Of a DNA stretch of 64,000 nucleotides, positions 18,801 through 27,705 are shown one piece after another. Each line of letters begins with the position of its first letter. Position 1 is the stretch's first letter. Position numbers and translations under genes: made by a program. The DNA is from Bdellovibrionota bacterium (GTDB lineage: Bacteria; Bdellovibrionota_G; JALEGL01; DATDPG01). The stretch lies in NCBI GenBank assembly GCA_963668355.1, contig OY764265.1:1984001-2048000 (forward strand). Direction: 5' to 3'. The notes beneath the pieces are model-generated. The model ran no database searches. It saw nothing but the letters and a program-made list of their open reading frames with translations, and was not told where the DNA came from.

Positions 18801-20067
18801 TGATTTTCGAGAACGGACCATCTGGGTTCCCAATATGCATGCTTTTTCGACCGAGTTTTTGGCCGCGGCTCTTCGAAGCAATGGTTATGACGCTCGTTCT
18901 CTTCCCTTGGAAACGGAAGGATCTTTTGAAGTGGGCCGATCGGTGACGAGAGGTTCAGAGTGTCTACCCACATCCTTGACCATTGGAAGTCTTCTGACGG
19001 TTTTACGGAAATCCGAAAAAGGAAGTAAGCACGGGTTTTTTATGCCGACGGCGCAAGGTCCATGTCGATTTGGTCAGTACATCACGCTGCATCGACAAAT
19101 TTTGGACCGAGAGGGCTTTGGAGACGTACCCATCTTTTCCCCTCAGCACTACAAAGGGTTTGCGGGATTGGATGGATCCGTTCGTCAAAGCATTTTCAAA
19201 GGAATGCTGGTGGGTGATGTGTTCATGAAATCAGGGTGTCGCATTCGGCCATATGAAAAAGAAGTTGGGGAAACCAACCATCGCTTGGAAACGTGGATGC
19301 ATCGAATGGCGAAGATCATTCAAGAAAATGGTGACATTGAAGCGGGGGTTCGGGAGGCCGTGAATGATTTCATGACCATTCCGGTTCACAAAGGCCGGCG
19401 AAAACCGATTGTTGGCGTGGTGGGCGAGATTTATGTGCGCAATAACAGCTATGCCAACGAGAATGTCATTCGATCCATTGAAAAATTGGGAGCCGAAGCT
19501 TGGATGACTCCCTTGAGTGAGTGGCTGTTGTATACGAACTCCCTCTACAACGTTTTTGAGCATCATGGATACAAGGTTTCCAAGGGATTGTTGAAAGCCT
19601 ATTTGCAGTATCGGTGGATGTGCCATTGGGAACATAAATTATACAGAGCGGCCTCCCCACTTTTGGATGAACGCCATGAGCCTCCTCTAAAGAGTGTATT
19701 GAAGGAAGGGCATCGTTATCTCACGGAGAACACGGGCGGAGAAGCTCTCTTGACCATTGGTCGAGCCGTGAAATATGCGCATCAGGGTGCGGCGATGGTG
19801 GTCAACGTGGCTCCCTTTAGTTGTATGCCGGGAACCATCACCACGGCTCTGTTTAGAGATATTTCCGCGAAGCTTCATATGCCCATCGTAAATATGTTTT
19901 ACGACGGGACGGGGGGGCAAAACCGACGTTTGGAAGTCTATCTTCGTACGGCGATGAATTCAGATCACGCGGAGTTTGCGAAGAATGCGATTGAATTGCC
20001 TTCCCTCCCAGATTCTGCGGATGCGTGGGTTCCTCCGGCGGATCACTCGAAAGATCTTCAAATCTGA
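15805..20067 (+). CDS. Fused acyl-CoA dehydratase activase (2x BcrAD/BadFG ASKHA domains, DUF2229-like and HgdAB-like domains)
   Basis: GVDIG and GIDIGSTSTK, two CAAGTGSF and RCTVF Fe-S motifs, EIGGQDAK, CELCQNDC, CFPAK, FSCGPD, GPCRFGQY, VVGEIYVR, PFSCMPG. Confidence 0.88.
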   Translation: MRRMKSVGVDIGALFFKAVAVSAQGELLGTFYERHLGEPGELLAQAFETLQVQPEDRLCFSGCNGEFFARLLGAPYREVTLCQIDAIRTQVPDAKYVMDIGGASATLIQLNGQGKFQGYSTNSLCAAGTGSFLDEQAGRLGISYEDTKNYLHNPNPPTIATRCTVFAKSDLIHRQQEGCSRGDMWSGLCRGMTKTLLGTLLSGRPLDGKTLVIGGVALNQEVIRWLEIAYPDLIQVPQHPHLLAALGAVEHASKPEKEISELFSSKTEKDSDVARFPWPLSMEKSNYPSFETQEAYEDEDKNEVRVTAWNSGEAKRVYLGIDIGSTSTKVVLMDETKHVIADIYRKTSGDPIGATKLVFKAIRELSARKDASIHILGVGTTGSGRKIVGEVIGADAVINEISAHVAGAAQTDPTIDTIFEIGGQDAKYMHLVDGHIRDSNMNYVCAAGTGSFVEEQANKLGYKVSEAGPKVLGITPPRATDRCTVFMEQDMGKLIQSGASPEEAFAAVMVSVTKNYLNKVVGNRYRSRDKIFFQGATARNPALVAAFERLLDVEIVVSPYCHVMGSYGVALLTREAMLEKNAERSEFRGLDLDQRQITLRKEKCELCQNDCEITYADIDGVEESPSWGYLCGREPGEKKMKLTSHGRLLRKRRKMWLEAGRGVKVPDYAPLIGIPQALTTFTYFPLWRRFFNRLGYRVVLSGETKQGVRDLGGRLSGADFCFPAKVFLGHAGKLATQEGVDFIFLPQMKNEEANEHVTTTTFCPYSQAAPAYTKAAFELNGMDTARILDPVVDLKIPTPKTVKKLARGLAKKLKRNANQIERAWVEALSIQREFESRCREEGQRAIEEAKAKGEKLLVLVGRPYNIYDPGLNLGLPEKIAEQGRTVLPLDWLTLDFSTLGDRYGNTYWGYGQKILAALEEVSRNELFDAVYFTNFSCGPDSFLLNYASEIMGNKPFLALELDEHGSNTGYITRIEAFFDVLRRPRKASESQRKTWHMPNDFRERTIWVPNMHAFSTEFLAAALRSNGYDARSLPLETEGSFEVGRSVTRGSECLPTSLTIGSLLTVLRKSEKGSKHGFFMPTAQGPCRFGQYITLHRQILDREGFGDVPIFSPQHYKGFAGLDGSVRQSIFKGMLVGDVFMKSGCRIRPYEKEVGETNHRLETWMHRMAKIIQENGDIEAGVREAVNDFMTIPVHKGRRKPIVGVVGEIYVRNNSYANENVIRSIEKLGAEAWMTPLSEWLLYTNSLYNVFEHHGYKVSKGLLKAYLQYRWMCHWEHKLYRAASPLLDERHEPPLKSVLKEGHRYLTENTGGEALLTIGRAVKYAHQGAAMVVNVAPFSCMPGTITTALFRDISAKLHMPIVNMFYDGTGGQNRRLEVYLRTAMNSDHAEFAKNAIELPSLPDSADAWVPPADHSKDLQI

Positions 20068-20193
20068 ATAATCTCAGCTGATCTAACATGAAGCAGAAAA
20101 AGAGGTTTTTTTGATCTTTTTTATTGAAACGTGAAGCGTTTGACGCATTATGTACGCCAAAAAAAATGCGAAAGCTGTTGATAAGGAGCCAGC

Positions 20194-21363
20194 ATGGACT
20201 ATTTCCTCACAGATGAACAAAAAGAGTTTAAAAAATTAGCCGAAGACATTGCCGAGAAGGAAATCCGACCCATTTCAGCGGAAGCGGATCGGTCGGGCGA
20301 GTTTCCTTGGGGACCGGTAAAAGTCATGGCTGAAACGGATTTGTTTCGCGTGCTCATTGAGGAAGAGTATGAAGGAATGGACTGCGGAACGCCGATCATG
20401 AATATGGCGGTGTGCACAGAGGCTCTATCTAAAGCCTGCGGTGGAATTGCCCTGGCTTTTTCTGCGACGGCGTTGGGCACGTTACCCATCATCCTTTCCG
20501 CCAGCAAAGAGCAAAAAGCGAAATGGCTTCCGCAGATCGCATCTGGAAAACGGTTAGCTGCCTTTGCACTCACCGAGGCCAATGCGGGTTCGGATGCCGG
20601 TGGGATTCGGACCACCGCTCAAAAAGACGGGGATCATTATATTCTCAATGGCACAAAACAATGGATCACCAATGGCGGCGAAGCTGAAATCTATACCGTA
20701 TTTGCCTTGACCAACCCGGCCAAGGGTCCTCGGGGAGCTTCCTGTTTTATTGTTGAGAAGGACACTCCGGGTTTCACGTTTGGTAAAAAAGAAGACAAAA
20801 TGGGGATTCGGGCCTCCGCGACGCGGGAATTGATTTTTGAAAACTGTCGGGTTCCGGCAGAAAATCTGGTTGGGCGAGAGGGAACGGGATTCATTACGGC
20901 CATGAAAGTTTTTGATGCTTCTCGACCTGGAGTTGCCTCCCAAGCCGTTGGGATCGCCCAAGGAGCACTCGACCTCGCCGTTGAATATGCGTGTACCCGC
21001 AGGCAATTTGGCTCTCCTGTTTCTTCTTTCCAAGGTTTGGGCTTCATGTTGGCCGATATGGCCATGAAAACCGAAGCGGCTCGTGCGCTCACGTATTCAG
21101 TGGCTAGGCACATTGATTCGAATCCGAAAGATCGACCGACCAAATGGGCGGCCATGTCGAAGTGCTTTGCGGGGGATGTTGCGGTGGAAGTCGCAACCAA
21201 TGCCATTCAGGTCTATGGCGGTTATGGCTATATGCGTGAATATCCAATTGAAAAGTATTTGCGAGACGCGAAAATTACTCAGATTTATGAAGGCACGAAT
21301 CAAATCCAGCGAGATGAGATTGCTAGGGCCTTGGTCAGTGATTTTCACGCGGGTCGGAAGTAA
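20194..21363 (+). CDS. Acyl-CoA dehydrogenase (short/branched-chain type)
   Basis: FALTEANAGSDA, LNGTKQWITNG, KMGIRAS, RRQFG, QVYGGYGY, QIYEGTNQIQ; AAGGAG RBS. Confidence 0.95.
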   Translation: MDYFLTDEQKEFKKLAEDIAEKEIRPISAEADRSGEFPWGPVKVMAETDLFRVLIEEEYEGMDCGTPIMNMAVCTEALSKACGGIALAFSATALGTLPIILSASKEQKAKWLPQIASGKRLAAFALTEANAGSDAGGIRTTAQKDGDHYILNGTKQWITNGGEAEIYTVFALTNPAKGPRGASCFIVEKDTPGFTFGKKEDKMGIRASATRELIFENCRVPAENLVGREGTGFITAMKVFDASRPGVASQAVGIAQGALDLAVEYACTRRQFGSPVSSFQGLGFMLADMAMKTEAARALTYSVARHIDSNPKDRPTKWAAMSKCFAGDVAVEVATNAIQVYGGYGYMREYPIEKYLRDAKITQIYEGTNQIQRDEIARALVSDFHAGRK

Positions 21364-21438
21364 CCTCACCCAAGGAATTTCAAAATTTAAGGAATTTTTT
21401 CAATTGCGGCGTTTCGTCGTATGATGGATTCCTGAGTT

Positions 21439-22233
21439 ATGGCCCGAAATTACGAACCTAAAGTCTCGTTTCAGACTCCTCATTTGGAACTTGGCCGAGG
21501 CATTATTTCCAACCTATCGGATCAAGGCCTGGATCTCCAGACCATTGAAAAACTGGTGGTTGGGGATGAAGTCGAGATGAATATCCGACTTCTGCTGGGA
21601 AAAAACGCCATGGATTGTACGGTCCAGGGGAAAATCGTGAAGAAAATTGGCGTCGCTCGTCCCTTGAACGGGTATCGGTTGGGTTTTGGCGACAAACTTC
21701 CGGCGCCAACCCGGACGATGATCCAAAAACTGACCTTAGAGGAGGAACAGCTTAAAAAGCAAAACGCACTTCTTTCCAAAACCCGGATTAAGTCGGACTC
21801 GGTTCAAAAAAAGGCTGAAGATATCTTCATCAATTACGAAGCGGATCCTTTGTATAAGGCAACTCCGAAGAAAGATGGAGGGCAAGACACCAAGAAACTC
21901 TTGATCGGGCTTCTCATTGTTTTTGGGGCTGTTGTTTTATTAAAAGCCGGATCTTGGCTATTGGCGGAAATGGCGTCTGGAAAAGTTCCGTCCAGTATTC
22001 CGATCGTGGGTTTTGAAGATGAGGACGGAACGATGTTGGTCGAAGTGGGGCAGGAATGGATGCTCAAGAGTCGAGATCAACGCCAGGAAGATCTGGAAGA
22101 GTTGATTCGTGTATTGCATAAAGAAAATTATGACTCGGCCATTCTCAATGACCCTCATGGAAAGAGACTTGCCCGCGTTGTGATGCAACAAGGTGCCCCT
22201 CCTGAAAAAGCCCTCATCTTTATGGAGGAATAA
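21439..22233 (+). CDS. Degenerate PilZ-like domain, single-TM membrane protein
   Basis: N-terminal beta-rich domain with NLSDQG (D/NxSxxG) but no RxxxR; one hydrophobic segment LLIGLLIVFGAVVLL. Confidence 0.5.
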   Translation: MARNYEPKVSFQTPHLELGRGIISNLSDQGLDLQTIEKLVVGDEVEMNIRLLLGKNAMDCTVQGKIVKKIGVARPLNGYRLGFGDKLPAPTRTMIQKLTLEEEQLKKQNALLSKTRIKSDSVQKKAEDIFINYEADPLYKATPKKDGGQDTKKLLIGLLIVFGAVVLLKAGSWLLAEMASGKVPSSIPIVGFEDEDGTMLVEVGQEWMLKSRDQRQEDLEELIRVLHKENYDSAILNDPHGKRLARVVMQQGAPPEKALIFMEE

Positions 22234-22283
22234 CTTCCGGGAGCCGAGAGAAGTTCGCTGTAACCCGTTCTGTAACCGAATTT

Positions 22284-25200
22284 TTATAGTTTCCAGACCT
22301 GCGTGCCTTTTTGAGCAATGGACAGGACTTCCCCACGAAAACCGATTTTTACTGGTCCCGCGCCACCTTCTTCCATGGTTACGCGTAAATAGTTGGAGGT
22401 AACTTGAATCGCTAACCAGCGTCCTCGGTATTGAATTCGGAGTTTTAGCTGAGAAAGTTGCTCTGGAAGGCAGGGGTCGAACCAAAGGACATCGTCACGG
22501 ATCGCCATCCCCAAATCCCCTCGTTGAATCAAATCAACCGTTCCAGCCATGGCGCCGAGGTGAATTCCCTCTGGGGTTGTTCCTCCCTGAATGTCTTCGA
22601 CGTCACTTTTCAAAGCTTCGATGAAATATTTCCAGGAAGTTTCACGATCTGCTCTTGCTAGAACCCAAGAGTGGACGATGCGGCTGAGCGTTGATCCATG
22701 CGAAGTCCGTTTTTGGTAGTAGTCGATGTTTTTCAGAATCATTTCTTGATCAATGGAATAGCCCAGTCGGTCAAAAACCTGGATCAAGCGTTCTGGGGAT
22801 AAAAGGTAAAAGAGCATGAGGACATCGCATTGCTTGGCCAGTTTGTAGCGATTGGTTGAGTCGCCTTCCGCTCCCAGCAAACGGTCCAATCGTTGAATAT
22901 TTCCCCATTTGCGACGAGCTTCCTGCCAGTCAAACTCCTCAAGATTTTCATACCCCTCGAATTGACTGATGATGTTGTCGTCGTGGAAAGGAACGAACAT
23001 TTTTTTTGAAATGGCCTCCCATCGGGCCAATTCGCGGTCATTGATTCCCAAGCCTCGCCGAAGTTCAAGGGCTCTCTTTTGAGGGAGAATCTCCAAAACT
23101 TCGGAGGCGCGTGTGACGAGCCAAGCCGTCATAATATTCGTGTAAGCATTGTTATCCAGCCCCGGTTTGTCTGTATCCGGATACTGCGTGTGGTATTCGT
23201 CGGGGCCGACAACACCTTTGATCTCGAAACGATCTTTTTCTGAATTGAAGGTCGCAATGCTGGAGAAGAACCTTGCAATTTCAAGGATCATCTTGGCTCC
23301 ATAGTGAGATAAAAAGTGGATGTCTGCCGTGGCCTGAAAGTATGCAAATACATTGTAGACAATGGCAATATTGATATGCACTTGACGGTGCGTATTGTCC
23401 GGGACCCATTTTCCAGAATTTGGATTCAAATGAAGAACCTGGGTTTCCTCTTTCCCGCTGCTCCCACTTTGCCAGGGATACATGGCTCCTTTGTATCCAT
23501 GGCTCTTGGCATTGAGCCTGGCTTCGTGCAGGCGTCGATAGCGATACATGAGTAAGGATCGCGTGATCATGGGAATGCGCATGTTGAGAAAGGGGAAGAT
23601 ATAAATCTCATCCCAGAAAATATGGCCTCGATAGGCCTCTCCATGCCAGCCTCTCGCAGGAATTCCAGCATCCAAGTCGGTCGTGTGAACGGAAGCTGTT
23701 TGGAGTAAGTGAAAAATATGTAGACGCAGGATGTTTTGAACCGACTGACTTCCGTCAATCGTAATGTCGCATCGATTCCATAATCTCCACCACGCTCGGG
23801 CATGGCTTTTCAACAGTCCGTCAAAATCATCTGCTTCCGTGACGCTCTTTATGGCCTCACACCCTGCTTCGCTAATGCCAGCGTCTTTTGAGGTGAAGAG
23901 CGAAACGGTTTTTTCCAATTGAAGGGTTTGTCCTTCTTCACATGGAATGGAAACCAATTGGGATACATAGTCTTCTCGGCATTCAATTTTGGGAGAAAGA
24001 TGGGTTTCTTCCATGTTTTTGAAAACCTTCAGGCGAGCTGCTTGGACCATTTCCACACGCGATTGAGTGGTTCGCACACGAAGGGCGATCGTGTGGTCTT
24101 GTTTCCAGGTTTCGAGAGCGTCAAGATGTTGGCTATTGAGCTCTCGATAACGTTTCACTCCAGAATTGATGACGCGTCCATCCAGGGCTGAACGCACTTC
24201 AATTTTCCCGGACCAATTTTGGGGGGTGATTTTCCACTGAAGGGCAGCCAAGTGATGGTCTCCCATGTGGACCAATCTTCGGGAATGCAGCTCGGTGATC
24301 CGACCTTGCGGGTCTTGAAAAAGAATCACCCGTTCGAGAATTCCTTCTCTAAGATCAAGGTCTTGACGAAATTCTTTGAGGGTTCCTTTTCGAAGATCAA
24401 ACCAATTCGATTCTCCTTCGTGTCTGAAACTCAAAGGCAGCCAGTTTGGCCAATTCACCAGGTCTTCATTGACGATGTCCCGGCCTGAAATTTTGGTGGT
24501 CAGTCGATTGTATCCTCCCGCCAAATAAGTTCCCGGGTAGTGGCAATCTTCCTCCGCATCTCGCTCTTCGGCCGCTCCACGCGTGGCAAAATATCCATTT
24601 CCCAAGGTGCAAAGAGCCTCTCTCAACAACTCTTGCTTTGGTTCGAACTGATTGTACGAGAAAACCCATCCAGACCTTTCGAGGTCGCGTTGTTCATTCC
24701 CCAAAATTCGATTTAAAAAAATCTTAACTTCATCCACATCGTTTAAAGAATATTGGGCCGAGGTTTTCCACTCCGGTGTGCCCACAAAAATTCCCAGTCC
24801 ATCTTTTTCAAATGCCCGGAAGCCATCTTCATCCGTAAGGTCATCGCCGATGAAAACAGGAAAGATGTTGTCGTCGAGAAATCCCATCTGTTCCATCAAC
24901 CAGCGCGCACCTTTTCCTTTGTCCCAGTCAAATTTCGGACGTAGCTCAATGGTTTTCTTTCCGTACGTTTTTTTGAGCGTAACCGTGGTGGAAAGAAAAT
25001 GATCAATGAATGGCTCGATTTGAGAAATGTATTTAGCTTCTACGTTTCGGTAGTGGATCGCCAGCGCAAATTTTTTGGCTTCTAAGAACACCCCAGGGAT
25101 GTCCTTTAGGACTTCAGAGAGCTCTTTTTTGGCCTTTTCCAGATCCGGAAGAGCCACCTGTCCGTCCGGGTGTTCGTAGCGAATGTTCTGGGGACCCCGG

Positions 25201-26264
25201 ATGTCATAGCCATGACTCCCGATATAAAAAAGATCTGAAATACCCACGGATCGTTCCAAGTCCAATCGGTCTCTTCCGCTCACGATGGTGACGGGGCTTA
25301 AAAGCGAAATCTCTTGAAGGAGATTCTTCATTTCGAAGGAAAGTTTGGCTTGTTCGGGATGTTTGACGATTGGGGTGAGAGTTCCATCGAAGTCGAAGAA
25401 AAAAGCAACCCGCATCGTGCGAAAACGTTGTTGGATCTGATTGAAACATTTCAACGCGGATGGGGGGCGATGCCATTGCCTTCGCTCGGGCTGGGTTCCT
25501 TTGACAAAGGAAAGCTCTCCCACAGAAGGAATGACGATGTCAGCTCCGGCTTTGACCAAAATTTCTGGACGCCGTACTCGATCAATGCCGATGCTTAGTC
25601 CCACGCCTCCGGCTTTGGCAGCTTGCAGCGCACCTGGAGAGTCATCCAGAACGGCGCAACGCGAAGGATCCACATTGAGTATCCAACATGCGTGAAGTAA
25701 AGCGTCGGGATCAGGTTTTCCGTTGAGTTGTAGGCGACTGGCCAAACGTCCATCGACCACCGCATCCAGAAAAGGATAAATCCCTGTGGTTTTTAAGACG
25801 CGAACACACTCCCGACTGAACGAGACGACGCCGATTTTGATCCCACGACTTCTCCAGACCTTTATTTGTTCGAAGGTGTCTTCGTAAAGAGAGGCCCCTT
25901 TGTCCTCTAAAAGCTCTCGAAAAATACGATCTTTTTTATTTCCCAAGGCCCAGGCGGTGCTTTTTTGGGCTGAATCGTCTTCGTAATGGCCTTTGGGGAT
26001 TTGGATTCCGCGAGCTGCAAGCAAGTCTTGGATTCCCTTTTCGCAAGGTCGACCCGCCAGAAAATCCTCATAATCCGAGTCATATAAATCGGTCGAATAG
26101 GCTTGGTCGGTTAAATCTTTCTGGTTTTGGAAAAAATCCTTGAGGACTAAGGTCCAAGCCTCTTTGTGAAGGGAATCGGTTCGGGTGATGACTCCGCCCA
26201 GGCCTAATATGATGGCATCAAAGTCGTCCACATTGGGCCAGAACTCAGGTGCAGCTGATTTCAT
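22284..26264 (-). CDS. Fusion of beta-PGM-like HAD, trehalose-6-phosphate phosphatase and GH65 domains (OtsB1/Rv2006-like)
   Basis: HAD-like GKPDPD; T6PP FFDFDGTLTPIV, WDKGKG, IGDDLTDEDGF; GH65 LGNGYFATRGA, ARGWHGEAYRGHIFWDE, GPDEYH, KQCDVLMLFY, HGSTLS. Confidence 0.9.
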   Translation of the reverse strand: MKSAAPEFWPNVDDFDAIILGLGGVITRTDSLHKEAWTLVLKDFFQNQKDLTDQAYSTDLYDSDYEDFLAGRPCEKGIQDLLAARGIQIPKGHYEDDSAQKSTAWALGNKKDRIFRELLEDKGASLYEDTFEQIKVWRSRGIKIGVVSFSRECVRVLKTTGIYPFLDAVVDGRLASRLQLNGKPDPDALLHACWILNVDPSRCAVLDDSPGALQAAKAGGVGLSIGIDRVRRPEILVKAGADIVIPSVGELSFVKGTQPERRQWHRPPSALKCFNQIQQRFRTMRVAFFFDFDGTLTPIVKHPEQAKLSFEMKNLLQEISLLSPVTIVSGRDRLDLERSVGISDLFYIGSHGYDIRGPQNIRYEHPDGQVALPDLEKAKKELSEVLKDIPGVFLEAKKFALAIHYRNVEAKYISQIEPFIDHFLSTTVTLKKTYGKKTIELRPKFDWDKGKGARWLMEQMGFLDDNIFPVFIGDDLTDEDGFRAFEKDGLGIFVGTPEWKTSAQYSLNDVDEVKIFLNRILGNEQRDLERSGWVFSYNQFEPKQELLREALCTLGNGYFATRGAAEERDAEEDCHYPGTYLAGGYNRLTTKISGRDIVNEDLVNWPNWLPLSFRHEGESNWFDLRKGTLKEFRQDLDLREGILERVILFQDPQGRITELHSRRLVHMGDHHLAALQWKITPQNWSGKIEVRSALDGRVINSGVKRYRELNSQHLDALETWKQDHTIALRVRTTQSRVEMVQAARLKVFKNMEETHLSPKIECREDYVSQLVSIPCEEGQTLQLEKTVSLFTSKDAGISEAGCEAIKSVTEADDFDGLLKSHARAWWRLWNRCDITIDGSQSVQNILRLHIFHLLQTASVHTTDLDAGIPARGWHGEAYRGHIFWDEIYIFPFLNMRIPMITRSLLMYRYRRLHEARLNAKSHGYKGAMYPWQSGSSGKEETQVLHLNPNSGKWVPDNTHRQVHINIAIVYNVFAYFQATADIHFLSHYGAKMILEIARFFSSIATFNSEKDRFEIKGVVGPDEYHTQYPDTDKPGLDNNAYTNIMTAWLVTRASEVLEILPQKRALELRRGLGINDRELARWEAISKKMFVPFHDDNIISQFEGYENLEEFDWQEARRKWGNIQRLDRLLGAEGDSTNRYKLAKQCDVLMLFYLLSPERLIQVFDRLGYSIDQEMILKNIDYYQKRTSHGSTLSRIVHSWVLARADRETSWKYFIEALKSDVEDIQGGTTPEGIHLGAMAGTVDLIQRGDLGMAIRDDVLWFDPCLPEQLSQLKLRIQYRGRWLAIQVTSNYLRVTMEEGGAGPVKIGFRGEVLSIAQKGTQVWKL

Positions 26265-26346
26265 TTGCTCCTCTTAGGGTTGAGATGGGCCACCTTCAAA
26301 AAAGATAAGATACTGAAACTCAAAGAGAATTTCAATTTTCAGGGGA

Positions 26347-27705
26347 TTATTCTCCCTGTTGGGTGAAACTCGGTGGGTCACAACGCTCAAGCGTTTTTTT
26401 CAGCCAAAGCGAAAATGCGATGGATGCGATCAGGGAGGTAAGAAGCAACCCCCCTAATATCCCAAACAGCAAGGGTTGGGAGAGTTCTTTGGCCACGACC
26501 ATTCCCAGCCAAGCCAATGGAGCCGTGAGAAATACATACCGGACGACGGCCAAAATGAGTCCGGGTTGGGCCTTTTGCATGCCTTCAAAAATGGGCCGGC
26601 AGATGAGAAATTGAGCGCCGAGCAAGCAGCTAAAGGGAGTGAGATAAAGGGCGTAGGTTGCGAAATAGGAAGTTTGAGGGGATTCACTCAGGAAATTCGA
26701 AATATAAGGTGCGAAAAAGAATGCGATGGGAGCCACAAAAAGGATGGAATATAGGATGGCAGTCCATTCAGAGTGTTTTAGTCCCGTTCGAATCTGAGCG
26801 AAGTCTTTTCGGCCATAGTGTAAGGCCGTAAATGGAAGAAGGGCGACGCCGATGGCCAGAATGGGTTGAATGGAAAACATGACGACGCGATAAAAAATGG
26901 AGTATGCCGCGATGGCTTCGGTTGCATTGGGTGAAAAGGAAAGCAAATAGTTGATGATTCCGGGTTCAGTCGCCATGAGGACGAAGGTGATTGAGGCGGG
27001 AATGGCCAATCGAAAAATCGACCGAAAAGGCCGGGGGTCGGGTTCGCATGTAGGATGGGTGGCGTCCTCACAGCGCACACGTTCATACTGCCAGGCCTTT
27101 CGGGAGGCATAAGCCAATCCCCCCAACCGCCCAATGACTGTAGAAAGGGCGATTCCGAAAATTCCCCAATGGAGAACAAAGAGAAAGAATGTGTTGAGTA
27201 AGACGTTGAGGATATTGGAGAAGATTCCAGCCCACATTGTGGTTTTTGTGTCTTGATAAACTTTTACGAGTGAGTCTGGAATGATGGCCCAGAAACCCGT
27301 AAAAGCACTTCCCCCAATCAGGACGGCACCATAAATCTGAAAATCTTTCATGACTTCCGGTTCTAGATCCATGTGTGGCGCCACGAACCAAATGCCGACT
27401 CCGACCAGCGCAAATAGGGGAACAGCGCTCAGAACCATTTTCCATCCACATCTCAAATATTGATCAAACTTTCCGTGTTCCTGGGCTCCGAGTGCTTTGG
27501 CCAGAGTGGCTGTGAGACCGGTGGAAGATCCGACCCAAAAGGCGATCATGATGAATTCGAAAGGGATAGAAAGTCCAATGGCGGCGACCGCAGCGTCGCC
27601 TAATGTGGATGCGTAGATGGTATCCACCAACGTGAATGCCGCACGCATCCAAAACGAGATCGCGATGGGTCCCGCGAGTGCTAAAATCGATTTGTTTTGT
27701 TTCAC
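26347..27705 (-). CDS. MATE family efflux transporter
   Basis: LAGPIA, VDTIYASTLG..AVAAIG, NILNVLLN..F...WGIFGIALST; about 12 TM; GTGA overlap with the M1 gene. Confidence 0.85.
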   Translation of the reverse strand: MKQNKSILALAGPIAISFWMRAAFTLVDTIYASTLGDAAVAAIGLSIPFEFIMIAFWVGSSTGLTATLAKALGAQEHGKFDQYLRCGWKMVLSAVPLFALVGVGIWFVAPHMDLEPEVMKDFQIYGAVLIGGSAFTGFWAIIPDSLVKVYQDTKTTMWAGIFSNILNVLLNTFFLFVLHWGIFGIALSTVIGRLGGLAYASRKAWQYERVRCEDATHPTCEPDPRPFRSIFRLAIPASITFVLMATEPGIINYLLSFSPNATEAIAAYSIFYRVVMFSIQPILAIGVALLPFTALHYGRKDFAQIRTGLKHSEWTAILYSILFVAPIAFFFAPYISNFLSESPQTSYFATYALYLTPFSCLLGAQFLICRPIFEGMQKAQPGLILAVVRYVFLTAPLAWLGMVVAKELSQPLLFGILGGLLLTSLIASIAFSLWLKKTLERCDPPSFTQQGE

